IMG/VR virus record: IMGVR_UViG_3300031963_000006
Coordinates: 124,001 to 188,000 of that record
Direction: 5' to 3' (one strand)
DNA length: 64,000 nucleotides
The notes under the pieces were generated by a model that saw only the letters and a list, made by a program, of their open reading frames with translations, was not told where the DNA came from and did not search any database. Below are positions 40,611-49,333 of the stretch, piece by piece (position 1 is the stretch's first letter; the number at the start of each line of letters is the position of its first letter). The position numbers and the translations under genes are program-made.

Positions 40611-41216
40611 ATGATAGAAGTTATCAAATACGGTGATTTCAAGCCGACAGGTAAACAGAAGAAAAAACAACAAATTATATTACAACACACCTCAAGAAAT
40701 ATTGAGGAATATCTCCTTAGTTTGAAATATAGATTTAACGGTGGGTATAAAAAAATACCTAACTACGTTGTCAGTCGAGATGGAAAGATATTACAACTTT
40801 TAGAAAACGAATCTCACTCTAAAATATTTTCTGAAGAAAACATAAACAGAAATTCCATAATTATTTCATTGGAAAATTTGGGATGGTTAGAAAAAGAACC
40901 ATTAAATAATCAATATGTTAACTGGATTGGAGATATTTATAAGGGTGACGCTTATGAAAAAAAATGGAGAGACTATTTTTTTTGGCAACCTTATACCGAA
41001 ACTCAAATAGAATACACTGCTAAATTGTGTAGAAAAATTTTAGATGAGACAGGAATACCAAGAGAGGTTGTGGAACATAACACACGTATAAATGGAGTTG
41101 AGAAATTTAGAGGGGTAACCTCAAAAAGTAATTTCGATAGTGTTTTTACTGATTTGAGTCCGGCCTTTAATTTTGAAACATTTTTAAAATATTTGAATGA
41201 TGAACAATTCACATGA
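40611..41216 (+). CDS. N-acetylmuramoyl-L-alanine amidase-like (Amidase_2) endolysin
   Basis: ILQHTS, NYVVSRDGKILQL, NSIIISLEN, YTETQIE...L, VVEH, DLSPAF pattern; some catalytic positions diverged. Confidence 0.7.
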   Translation: MIEVIKYGDFKPTGKQKKKQQIILQHTSRNIEEYLLSLKYRFNGGYKKIPNYVVSRDGKILQLLENESHSKIFSEENINRNSIIISLENLGWLEKEPLNNQYVNWIGDIYKGDAYEKKWRDYFFWQPYTETQIEYTAKLCRKILDETGIPREVVEHNTRINGVEKFRGVTSKSNFDSVFTDLSPAFNFETFLKYLNDEQFT

Positions 41217-41805
41217 TGAAATTAAAAAATTATTAAAAGCTTCGAGGAGTATGCTCTCGAATAATACCATCAACGAACAGATAAGTGAGATTAAGAATAG
41301 ATATGGTATTATTACAGAACAGGGTTCGGACTTAGCGTCAGATAACATCACTAAAAAAATGAATATTGCTAAGTCTGTTGAGGATAAAATCGAAGACGAT
41401 ACTGAACCCGACAGAGATAAAAGTCAGGGTTATAGAATATCAGGGGGAATAATGGTTTTACACGGAAAAGATTCCTCAGATTTAGAATTGACAACCGACG
41501 ATAAAATCGCGTTCCAAGAAACAATGGATGAGTTTGTTAATGAGGTATCAGACTTGGTAGATTTTAATAAATTAAACGTATATCCAAACAATGTTGAATG
41601 GTCAGGAAAAATTATCGATTTTGATATTGAATTTTTCTTTTCAATAGGTGAAGACGGAGGAATGTACATTAATGGAGATATGATTAAGGCTGATGAAAAT
41701 TTTGTGGAGATGATTAATAAGTTAAAAACTTATTATGATAAGTTCAAGTCAAAATGGGCTAAAGTTTTGGCTTCACGTAAAAAAACAAATAAGGTAGAAA
41801 AATGA
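41197..41805 (+). CDS. Hypothetical protein, putative head-associated
   Basis: 202 aa; TINEQ and IITEQ motifs. Confidence 0.55.
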   Translation: MMNNSHDEIKKLLKASRSMLSNNTINEQISEIKNRYGIITEQGSDLASDNITKKMNIAKSVEDKIEDDTEPDRDKSQGYRISGGIMVLHGKDSSDLELTTDDKIAFQETMDEFVNEVSDLVDFNKLNVYPNNVEWSGKIIDFDIEFFFSIGEDGGMYINGDMIKADENFVEMINKLKTYYDKFKSKWAKVLASRKKTNKVEK

Positions 41806-42149
41806 ACGAAATTTTAAAAACAGTATTGTTATTTGTTATAGTAGCTTTGGTGGGATATTCAGTTTTCTTGACTAATGGTATAAAAACTGATGTTCAATCG
41901 CACTATGATAAGATTGATAGTTTACAAATATCTATAGATTCCGCAACGGCTGTAAACTCAATGATAGACGAAAAATTACTAAAATTAGATGCCGACATAA
42001 ACAATGTGACTAACGAAATTTTGGCGGTAGACCAAACAATAAACGATATTAAAATTCAAACAAATGGTAAGGTTATTAATGTTGATAAGTATACTCATAC
42101 TGAGCTTAAAAAGTTTTTCTCAAAAAGATACAACTCAGCTGGAAATTAG
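41802..42149 (+). CDS. N-anchored coiled-coil protein (i-spanin-like candidate)
   Basis: N-terminal TM then heptads; overlaps next ORF by 86 nt. Confidence 0.5.
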   Translation: MNEILKTVLLFVIVALVGYSVFLTNGIKTDVQSHYDKIDSLQISIDSATAVNSMIDEKLLKLDADINNVTNEILAVDQTINDIKIQTNGKVINVDKYTHTELKKFFSKRYNSAGN

Positions 42150-42468
42150 TACTCAGACTGCACGACTGATTATAAAAGATTTAATTAAGTATGATGGATG
42201 TAAAGACGAGTTGACTCAAGCTTATATAAAAATTGGAAAGCTTGAAGAAAGAGAATCTCTTAAAGACACCATGATAACTTATTTGGAAAAGAAAGATTCA
42301 ACATACCAATTTATTATTCAACAAAAAGATGGTCAAATAGTTGAGTACGGTAAAGTAAATACAAAACTCCAAAGTGAATTGGACTCTAAGAATAAACAAT
42401 TCAAATGGTATAAACGAGGTACTATCGCAGGAGGAGTATTTCTTATACTATTACTATTAGCAATTTAA
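42064..42468 (+). CDS. Signal peptide + coiled coil + C-terminal TM protein (spanin-partner candidate)
   Basis: MVRLLMLISILILSLKSFSQ signal; C-terminal GTIAGGVFLILLLLAI. Confidence 0.5.
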   Translation: MVRLLMLISILILSLKSFSQKDTTQLEISTQTARLIIKDLIKYDGCKDELTQAYIKIGKLEERESLKDTMITYLEKKDSTYQFIIQQKDGQIVEYGKVNTKLQSELDSKNKQFKWYKRGTIAGGVFLILLLLAI

Positions 42469-42470
42469 CT

Positions 42471-42716
42471 ATGGCACTTTCAGATTCAGATAAAAAACAA
42501 ATAGAAGTTATGATTCGAAAGGAAATTAAGGATTTCATCGGAAGTAACACTATGAGACAGTATGAGGATAAGATTTTAGAATTAGTGTCTAAAGAAATCC
42601 GTAGAGGTAAACTTGAAAGTGACACTAAAGAAATAGTAATAAAAGTCTTCAGAGAGTTCTACAATTTTATGTGGTCTCAACGAGGATATTGGGAACCAAG
42701 ATTAAAAAATGCGTAA
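42471..42716 (+). CDS. Hypothetical protein
   Basis: 81-aa helical ORF coupled to neighbours. Confidence 0.6.
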   Translation: MALSDSDKKQIEVMIRKEIKDFIGSNTMRQYEDKILELVSKEIRRGKLESDTKEIVIKVFREFYNFMWSQRGYWEPRLKNA

Positions 42717-43644
42717 AATTAAATTAACCGAGAATATTCTCAAGCAACTTTCTTCAAAAATTTCAGACAATATTTTGTCTAATTCTAATATTATGTCAAC
42801 AAATCCTATCGAAGGAATGAAAGACATTAATGTTTTACAAAAAAAGATAGAGAGTAATGAGGAAATTGAAGAAAAATGGTCTGAAAAATACAAAAAAAGT
42901 ATAGATTGTAACAATCCCAAAGGATTTAGCCAAAAAGCCCATTGCCAAGGAAGAAAAAAGAAAGTAAAGGAAGAGATTGAAGAATCTGAAGTTAAAGACA
43001 TAAAACTGTATGACTTGGCAAAACAACATTCTAAAAGTGATTCTACTGAAAAAATTTCCAAAATATATAATATTCTCAAGAGACAACTTAAAAAAGGGAT
43101 GAAAGTTGAAATGGAACATGAGATGGGTCTTAAAAAGGCTAAGAAAATTGCAATGGACCACCTTAAGGAAGACCCAAAATATTATGATAAACTAGAGAAG
43201 ATAGAGAATAAGGAAGCGACTGGTGCAGGGGTGGCCGGAGGTTTTGTTGGACCTGTAGGATTTAATCCTGATAGTGATTTTGTTAAGAAAAGCTTTAAAG
43301 AGACTCCTAAAAAAATTGAATCAAATGAAGCCACGGGCGCTTCCTCAGCTGGCGCATATGACGCTCCTGGATTTGAAGATGTTAATATGAAAGGTAATCA
43401 TGAACGTGGTTCAGGTAAGTCGTTCAAAAAAACACAGATACCCCAAGGAAAGTTCGTTCAAGTAAAAAAGAAATGTAAAAAGTTTCCTTATTGTAATCAA
43501 GGAGATATTAAAGCTTTAAACATATTTGAAAATAACACTCTCAACAAGGTTATTAAAGATGTTAGTAAAAAGTATAACATCAGTGAACAGGTCGTTAAAA
43601 ATATTATAGAGTACGAATATAATTTGATAAAAGATAAACTATAA
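42709..43644 (+). CDS. Lys/Glu-rich protein with DUF5661-like domain, putative head-internal protein
   Basis: GMKVEMEH...IAMDHLKEDPKYYDKL; KWSEKYKKSIDCNNPKGFSQKAHC; repeated (N/K)EATGA. Confidence 0.6.
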   Translation: MRKIKLTENILKQLSSKISDNILSNSNIMSTNPIEGMKDINVLQKKIESNEEIEEKWSEKYKKSIDCNNPKGFSQKAHCQGRKKKVKEEIEESEVKDIKLYDLAKQHSKSDSTEKISKIYNILKRQLKKGMKVEMEHEMGLKKAKKIAMDHLKEDPKYYDKLEKIENKEATGAGVAGGFVGPVGFNPDSDFVKKSFKETPKKIESNEATGASSAGAYDAPGFEDVNMKGNHERGSGKSFKKTQIPQGKFVQVKKKCKKFPYCNQGDIKALNIFENNTLNKVIKDVSKKYNISEQVVKNIIEYEYNLIKDKL

Positions 43645-43657
43645 CGTAAAAATTAGA

Positions 43658-43665
43658 TATTTATA
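43658..43665 (+). promoter_or_regulatory. Putative late promoter TATTTATA
   Basis: Intergenic, 14 nt before ATG 43680. Confidence 0.55.
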
Positions 43666-43679
43666 AATAAAAAAATCGC

Positions 43680-44897
43680 ATGAAAAAGTCTTTAAACAAC
43701 TATATTAATTCGTTAGTAAATAAAATTATTAACGAAACTATTGAAGAAAGAGCTGACGAATTAGTTACAAAATTAACCGAAGGTGATAAAATGGTTTGTG
43801 AACAATGTGGTGGAGAAACGAGAGAGGGAATTTGTGAACAGTGTTCATCTGGTTCTATGAATGAAACTGATAATTTTGACTATGTTGCTGAAGAAGAGGA
43901 ATTTGGTTCAGACCCGGCAGGTATGATTGATAAATTCTGTGATACAAGTAGTGATGAATATAATAAAGCTGCTTGTAAATATCATGAAGAAAGATTTATG
44001 GGTGGTGAAGTAAGTGAAAAATTACACGGTGGGCAGAAAAAAATTGATGTTGCAGAACCTAAAGGTAAAATTACAGGTGCTGACTTCAAAAAATTAAGAA
44101 GCATGAAAAAAGAAACTGATGAAGAAGTTGAAGAAGGTAATGCTTTTACAGGCGCTTTGGCTAATGCTAAAGAAGAAGGATATGAAACTTTTGAAGTTGA
44201 TGGTAAAAAGTATAATGTTAAAGAATCTATTAGAATGACAGAAAGTGAAATGATTGATTTCATTGAAAAAATTGTTTTGCAGGAGGAGGAAAAATTAAAG
44301 TCTATGGGTAAAACTAAAGGTCTTAATGTTTATCAAAAGGCCCACACCGCTTCAGGAAAGGAAAATAAAGAATACTTACAATCTGTCGTTAAAAAAATGA
44401 AGGATTATTTGAAAGATGGTTCTAAAGGAGAATATGATATGAATCCTGAAATATTTCCAAAGGGAAACGGAGAGTTAGCTAAGATGGATAAAAAGGCTTA
44501 CACACCTTCAGATGCGGTTAAAGATTATACAGATAATTTTATAGCTGCGGGATTAGAAAATCTTGATTATGATGAAATTCATCCTAATGAGGATTGGGTT
44601 GATGACAATGTTGAGGGTTCTTCAAGAACTGGAAACAATCCTGAATGGGTAAATACAGGTAAATCTGATGTTAACAAAAAAAGAAATAAAATTAGAAAAG
44701 ACAACATGTTAGCGAAGGTTAAAAGAAAAGCTTACAATAAGTCACCACAACCAGTCGTTCAAGACACTCAAGATGGAGAAAAGGCTAATAAGATTTTGAT
44801 GAAATTGGAGTCAGTTGATGAAAAAACCACAAAACAAATAAATGAAGAGTTTGAAAGAATGAAAAATTTAATTGGTTATAATCAAAAGACTCAATAA
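43680..44897 (+). CDS. Charged putative head-internal/scaffold-like protein
   Basis: KIINE, KLTE, RMTESE, QINEE motifs; two CEQC pairs; KKIDVAEPKGKITGADFKKLR. Confidence 0.55.
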   Translation: MKKSLNNYINSLVNKIINETIEERADELVTKLTEGDKMVCEQCGGETREGICEQCSSGSMNETDNFDYVAEEEEFGSDPAGMIDKFCDTSSDEYNKAACKYHEERFMGGEVSEKLHGGQKKIDVAEPKGKITGADFKKLRSMKKETDEEVEEGNAFTGALANAKEEGYETFEVDGKKYNVKESIRMTESEMIDFIEKIVLQEEEKLKSMGKTKGLNVYQKAHTASGKENKEYLQSVVKKMKDYLKDGSKGEYDMNPEIFPKGNGELAKMDKKAYTPSDAVKDYTDNFIAAGLENLDYDEIHPNEDWVDDNVEGSSRTGNNPEWVNTGKSDVNKKRNKIRKDNMLAKVKRKAYNKSPQPVVQDTQDGEKANKILMKLESVDEKTTKQINEEFERMKNLIGYNQKTQ

Positions 44898-44944
44898 TAT
44901 ACATTAAAAATATCTTAACTATATTTTATCCATAAGAGTTTCTT

Positions 44945-45412
44945 ATGGATAATTTTTTTAATTACGTTACAAAACAGGTTAGCCCTGAAGAAGTTGATTT
45001 ATGGTTCAAAAGTAACAACATAATTCCTGAAAAATTGGAATTGTTCTCTGATTTTTGTAGGTCATTAAATGAGTTAATAATCGAGACTTATTTAGGAGAA
45101 ACGGATTCACCGAATGAAACAAAAGTTAATATGTCTGAAGAGGATAAGATTAATCACTTTATTTGGTGCTGGAATAAAGTCATAGATAACTTTTTAAAAG
45201 AAAACATCAAGTTCAGCAAAAAAGGAGAACACTTCGATTACATGGTTTCATTTTTCGAAGAAATATTCTACAAACAAGAAAATAAAAAAGTAAGAGATTC
45301 AGTTACTGATTTTTTTGAAGACCTTTTTGATTTGAAAACACCGTTCACCAAATCTGATTTGGACATGATAAGTACTGTCTATAAAAGTCTCGATAAAAAT
45401 ATGAATAAATAA
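44945..45412 (+). CDS. Hypothetical protein
   Basis: 155-aa ORF. Confidence 0.6.
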   Translation: MDNFFNYVTKQVSPEEVDLWFKSNNIIPEKLELFSDFCRSLNELIIETYLGETDSPNETKVNMSEEDKINHFIWCWNKVIDNFLKENIKFSKKGEHFDYMVSFFEEIFYKQENKKVRDSVTDFFEDLFDLKTPFTKSDLDMISTVYKSLDKNMNK

Positions 45413-45490
45413 AAAAATTGTTTTTCTCTTTACTACTATCAAGGAAAAATTAATATTAATTATTATAATAAATTTGTAAAAATAATTACG

Positions 45491-45673
45491 ATGGAAACTT
45501 TAGAAAAAATCAAATCACTGACAGAAGAACTGTCAATGGATGCGACCAAATTCTTCAAAGGTAATAAAAGTGCTGGGACAAGAGCTAGAAAATCTGCTCA
45601 AGAACTTAAGGCTTTGTTACAAACCTTGAGAGGTGAAATTTTGGAAGAAAGAAAAAAAACTGATAATGCTTAA
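45491..45673 (+). CDS. Histone H1-like nucleoid protein (Hc1 family, Bacteroidota type)
   Basis: DATKFFKGNKSAGTRARKSAQELKALLQTLR matches the GNKxAGTRARK Hc1 motif. Confidence 0.8.
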   Translation: METLEKIKSLTEELSMDATKFFKGNKSAGTRARKSAQELKALLQTLRGEILEERKKTDNA

Positions 45674-45851
45674 TATAGATAATTTATTTTTTTTCATTTT
45701 CATTTTTTCAGTTTTAGTTGTTTTAAGAACAACAGTTAGGTTAATAGGCGCCCTGTCACAAAACTCTGAAACAAGAGTTATTAAAAGTGATAGGGAGCTT
45801 GTTATCCTCGGATTAACAATATCATACATCATAACTTACTTATTTCGATAA
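45666..45851 (+). CDS. Small two-TM membrane protein
   Basis: Two hydrophobic helices; ATG (MLNID) preferred over track start 45633. Confidence 0.55.
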   Translation: MLNIDNLFFFIFIFSVLVVLRTTVRLIGALSQNSETRVIKSDRELVILGLTISYIITYLFR

Positions 45852-45855
45852 TCAT

Positions 45856-46287
45856 ATGAGTCTATATAAAGAATTTTCAAGTTTATTTCCTTATTTACAA
45901 TCGGTTAGGAAGTTAAAAAACTATTTAAGTTTTGATGTAAGTTTTCCTGAATCATGGAAGTTACCCAAAAAGTATGTTGAAGAGGATAAAATCCTACAAC
46001 AAGAATCACAAACACCGGGTGAAAAACTATTCTCATTTGTTTCTGAGTTTAATGAAGAAGAAGTAGAGAGAGTATCCGGAAATGTTAAAAATATTATCAA
46101 TTATAATTTGGAAAGAGAAGAAAAAGAAAGATTATTCCAATCCAAAGTTGACGAGTTAAAAAATGTATTTGAAAAACAAAGTCTAACAAATTTAAAAAAT
46201 CTCAAATTTGATATTAAGTCAACACAAACTTTAGAATTAGAAGACAATGAAGACGAGCTCAAAACAACTGCAGTGGCTACAAAGTGA
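45856..46287 (+). CDS. Hypothetical protein
   Basis: 143-aa ORF in coupled run. Confidence 0.6.
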   Translation: MSLYKEFSSLFPYLQSVRKLKNYLSFDVSFPESWKLPKKYVEEDKILQQESQTPGEKLFSFVSEFNEEEVERVSGNVKNIINYNLEREEKERLFQSKVDELKNVFEKQSLTNLKNLKFDIKSTQTLELEDNEDELKTTAVATK

Positions 46288-46423
46288 AATTGAGAAGGAT
46301 AAACGAGACATTGAAAATGAAAAACTTAAGTTTATCCAACAAATTAAAAAAATAAAAAAAGAGGATGTAGTTCCTAAAAAACTGAGTCTATGGAAAAGAA
46401 TCCTGAGATTATTTATGGGATGA
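46247..46423 (+). CDS. 58-aa protein missed by the ORF track
   Basis: MKTSSKQLQWLQSEIEKDK...KKLSLWKRILRLFMG; fills the gap between two genes and overlaps both. Confidence 0.55.
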   Translation: MKTSSKQLQWLQSEIEKDKRDIENEKLKFIQQIKKIKKEDVVPKKLSLWKRILRLFMG

Positions 46424-46656
46424 TAGAAAGAATGGCGTTAATTTCTGACGCTATTGATAACTTATTTATTAACGGTAGAAAAGTTATTGTTATTGAGCTT
46501 AATAAGATTGATTTTGAGGAAACCAAAAAACAATTTAAGAATGTAAGTCCTGATTTAAACCAGTTCAAAATTGATATATCAGGAGTTGAATTTATCTTTA
46601 TTTTGGATGAGTTGTTGAATGTCTCTGAAGATAAGTCCGAGGAAACCCTTGGGTAA
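46390..46656 (+). CDS. Hypothetical protein
   Basis: 88-aa ORF. Confidence 0.55.
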   Translation: MEKNPEIIYGMIERMALISDAIDNLFINGRKVIVIELNKIDFEETKKQFKNVSPDLNQFKIDISGVEFIFILDELLNVSEDKSEETLG

Positions 46657-47239
46657 CCAAAATATCATATAAGTATTTCCTATGGATTGTTGAGTAATCT
46701 TTTACTAATATACAATCGTTTTTGTTTGTTTTTCTTAAGTATTGACCTAAATCGTCCAAAAACCTATCAGCATCTGAGTTATTCTTAAAAGTGAATAAAT
46801 TGTAACTCTCATCTATTTGAACCACAATCTTATTATTTAATTTAGATATCATCTTGATACCGACCACCGAAAGATATTTTCTAACAAAATCTTTAGAGTT
46901 TATTTTCTTTTTAGTTTGATAGTCTAAAAATTCTTCCTCAATTTCAAATGAAATTATTTTACTGATAGTAAATTCATCATCATCTAAATCAACTTTGATT
47001 TGCCTGCCGAGCTCATCTTTGATGAATATTTTATCATTCTTTGAACTTTTTCTTTCTAATATTGCAAGTTCATAAAATGAGGGATTACCGTTTTCATATT
47101 TAACTGGGAAAATAACATTATTAGATTCATCAATAAGACTTTTGAACTTAGTATTTGTTTTTTTATAAGTTTTAAACTTATTGATTATTTTCTTTTTTAC
47201 TTTATTTTTGAATAAAACAATTTGGAAATTATAGTCCAT
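46598..47239 (-). CDS. Hypothetical protein
   Basis: 213-aa Lys-rich ORF divergent from dnaJ. Confidence 0.6.
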   Translation of the reverse strand: MDYNFQIVLFKNKVKKKIINKFKTYKKTNTKFKSLIDESNNVIFPVKYENGNPSFYELAILERKSSKNDKIFIKDELGRQIKVDLDDDEFTISKIISFEIEEEFLDYQTKKKINSKDFVRKYLSVVGIKMISKLNNKIVVQIDESYNLFTFKNNSDADRFLDDLGQYLRKTNKNDCILVKDYSTIHRKYLYDILVTQGFPRTYLQRHSTTHPK

Positions 47240-47280
47240 ACTAAATAATAAGAATCATTAAATAATATTAAATATTGATT

Positions 47281-48207
47281 ATGAGTACTGAAAGTTATTA
47301 TGACATTTTAGGTGTTTCAGAAACCGCAACACAAGATGAAATTAAAAAGGCGTATAGAAAGAAGGCGGTAGAACATCACCCTGACAAAGGTGGGGATGAA
47401 CAAGTATTTAAAAAAATATCAGAGGCGTATGATACGGTAGGTGATGAGAATAAACGCAGACAGTATGACGCTCAGAAAAATAATCCGTTTGGAGGAGGGT
47501 TCAATCCTTTTGAAGACTTTTTCTCTCAATTTGGAGGAAGACAACAACGTCAACAAAGACCTCAAGTACCTGATAAGGTTGTAAATCTTGATGTTACGGT
47601 TATTGAATCTTATTTGGGTGTTGATAAAACTATTAATTATAGTCGTAAACACGCTTGTAATACTTGTAGCGGTAGTGGGGGTGATAGGAATACCTGTAGT
47701 AAATGTAATGGACAAGGTTTCGTTACAGTTAGAATGGGTAATGGAATGTTCATTCAAATGATGCAACAGATGTGTGATTTATGTGGAGGACAAGGTTCTG
47801 TATTGACAAGGAGATGCGGTACTTGTAACGGACAAGGTACAAGGTCTGAAATGGAAAGTGTGACATTCAAATTACCGCACGGCTCAGACAACGGTCAATT
47901 CTATAGAATGAATGACTTAGGTGATTATCACAATGGTTTTTACGGAAACTTAGTTATTAAAGTCAACTTGGTTAATTCCGATAACTTTGAAAAAATGGGT
48001 AATGATTTAATTTATAACTCTTACCTCAATTTAGATGATTTAAATAAAAATTCTGTTGGTGTTCCTCATCCTGACGGTGAAATGAGAGTTAACTTTCCTT
48101 TAGAGTTTGATACATCAAAACCCCTTAGAGTAAAATCTAAAGGGTTCAAAAATGGAGGTCAAGGAGACCTTTATGTAAAATTGTTCGTTAAGTTTAAAAG
48201 AGGTTGA
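47281..48207 (+). CDS. dnaJ: DnaJ (Hsp40) chaperone, class A
   Basis: J domain with HPD, short G/F region, four CxxCxGxG motifs, C-terminal GDLYV; ATG 47281. Confidence 0.95.
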   Translation: MSTESYYDILGVSETATQDEIKKAYRKKAVEHHPDKGGDEQVFKKISEAYDTVGDENKRRQYDAQKNNPFGGGFNPFEDFFSQFGGRQQRQQRPQVPDKVVNLDVTVIESYLGVDKTINYSRKHACNTCSGSGGDRNTCSKCNGQGFVTVRMGNGMFIQMMQQMCDLCGGQGSVLTRRCGTCNGQGTRSEMESVTFKLPHGSDNGQFYRMNDLGDYHNGFYGNLVIKVNLVNSDNFEKMGNDLIYNSYLNLDDLNKNSVGVPHPDGEMRVNFPLEFDTSKPLRVKSKGFKNGGQGDLYVKLFVKFKRG

Positions 48208-48367
48208 TTATATTCTCGATAATTTTAACGGTCCCATAAACTGCGGATATTAAAAAATAAACTGTAAAAACAATCAAAGAAGTTGGAAGAGTCTCCAACT
48301 TTTTTTGTGCGCTACACTTACTACATGATTTTTTTTCAGGGGTGACATCTATTATATTGTTTGACAT
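48194..48367 (-). CDS. 57-aa CxxC + TM protein missed by the ORF track
   Basis: MSNNIIDVTPEKKSCSKCSAQKK...LIVFTVYFLISAVYGTVKIIENIINLF; minus-strand TATTTATA at 48409-48416. Confidence 0.55.
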   Translation of the reverse strand: MSNNIIDVTPEKKSCSKCSAQKKLETLPTSLIVFTVYFLISAVYGTVKIIENIINLF

Positions 48368-48457
48368 ATTATTAATTTTAAATAAAATATAAGGGTTATT
48401 TTCAAATCTATAAATATTTTATTTGCCTTTTTAAAATTTATTGTTTATTATTAACTC

Positions 48458-49300
48458 ATGTTAAGCTATATAGGAGGAAAATCAAAAATAGGTAAGTGGA
48501 TAGTTCCATATTACCCAACTGACATGGAAACATACGTGGAAACATTCGGAGGAATGTTTTGGTGTTTCTTTAATATGGATTTGAAACAATATCCCAACCT
48601 AAAAAGGGTTGTTTATAATGACTTCAATCCGCTAAATTACAATCTGTTTATGTGTTTACAGAACCCAACAGTCTTGTTAAACGCAATAAATAATATACCT
48701 TGCCAACAACAAGGAGTTGAGGAGACACCGTCAATCTATCGAGAACAGTTTAACACATTCCAAAAAGAAATATTTGGAGATGGATTTACAATAAACTATC
48801 CAGATTATGATGTCGCCGCTAAGTATGCGTATGTTCTTACACAAGTGTTCAGTGGGTCAAAACCTGAAACAAGTTCGTTTATTGATTTGAAGGGTAAGTA
48901 TAAATCAAAGTATCTTACGTTCAGAGACAAGTTATCAAAGCCTGATTGGGTGGAACACTTTAACAGGATAAGTCATTTTAGATTGGGGGATTTTGAGAAT
49001 GTCATTAAGGAGTTCGATAGCCCAACAACTTATTTCTATTTGGACCCCCCGTATTGGAAGACCGAGAATTATTATTCAAATCACGACTTTGACCGTGACG
49101 ACCACGAGAGACTGGCAAATGTGTTGAAAACTATTGAAGGAAAGTTTTCGTTATCTTACTATGATTTCGTACTTTTGCACGAGTGGTTTCCTGAAGACCA
49201 ATATAGATGGGAAAAGAAAGAATTTGCTAAGGCCGCGGCCGCCAAAAAAGGACAGACCCAAAATATGGGAGAGGAACTACTTATTATGAATTATTTTTAA
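48458..49300 (+). CDS. Dam-like (D12 class) N6-adenine DNA methyltransferase
   Basis: YIGGKS, YVETFGG, YNDF, YLDPPY, ELLIMNY. Confidence 0.9.
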   Translation: MLSYIGGKSKIGKWIVPYYPTDMETYVETFGGMFWCFFNMDLKQYPNLKRVVYNDFNPLNYNLFMCLQNPTVLLNAINNIPCQQQGVEETPSIYREQFNTFQKEIFGDGFTINYPDYDVAAKYAYVLTQVFSGSKPETSSFIDLKGKYKSKYLTFRDKLSKPDWVEHFNRISHFRLGDFENVIKEFDSPTTYFYLDPPYWKTENYYSNHDFDRDDHERLANVLKTIEGKFSLSYYDFVLLHEWFPEDQYRWEKKEFAKAAAAKKGQTQNMGEELLIMNYF

Positions 49301-49309
49301 TTTATTTGA

Positions 49310-49316
49310 TATTTAT
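49310..49316 (+). promoter_or_regulatory. Putative late promoter TATTTAT
   Basis: Intergenic, 17 nt before ATG 49334. Confidence 0.5.
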
Positions 49317-49333
49317 TAAGTAAAAACATTCAA

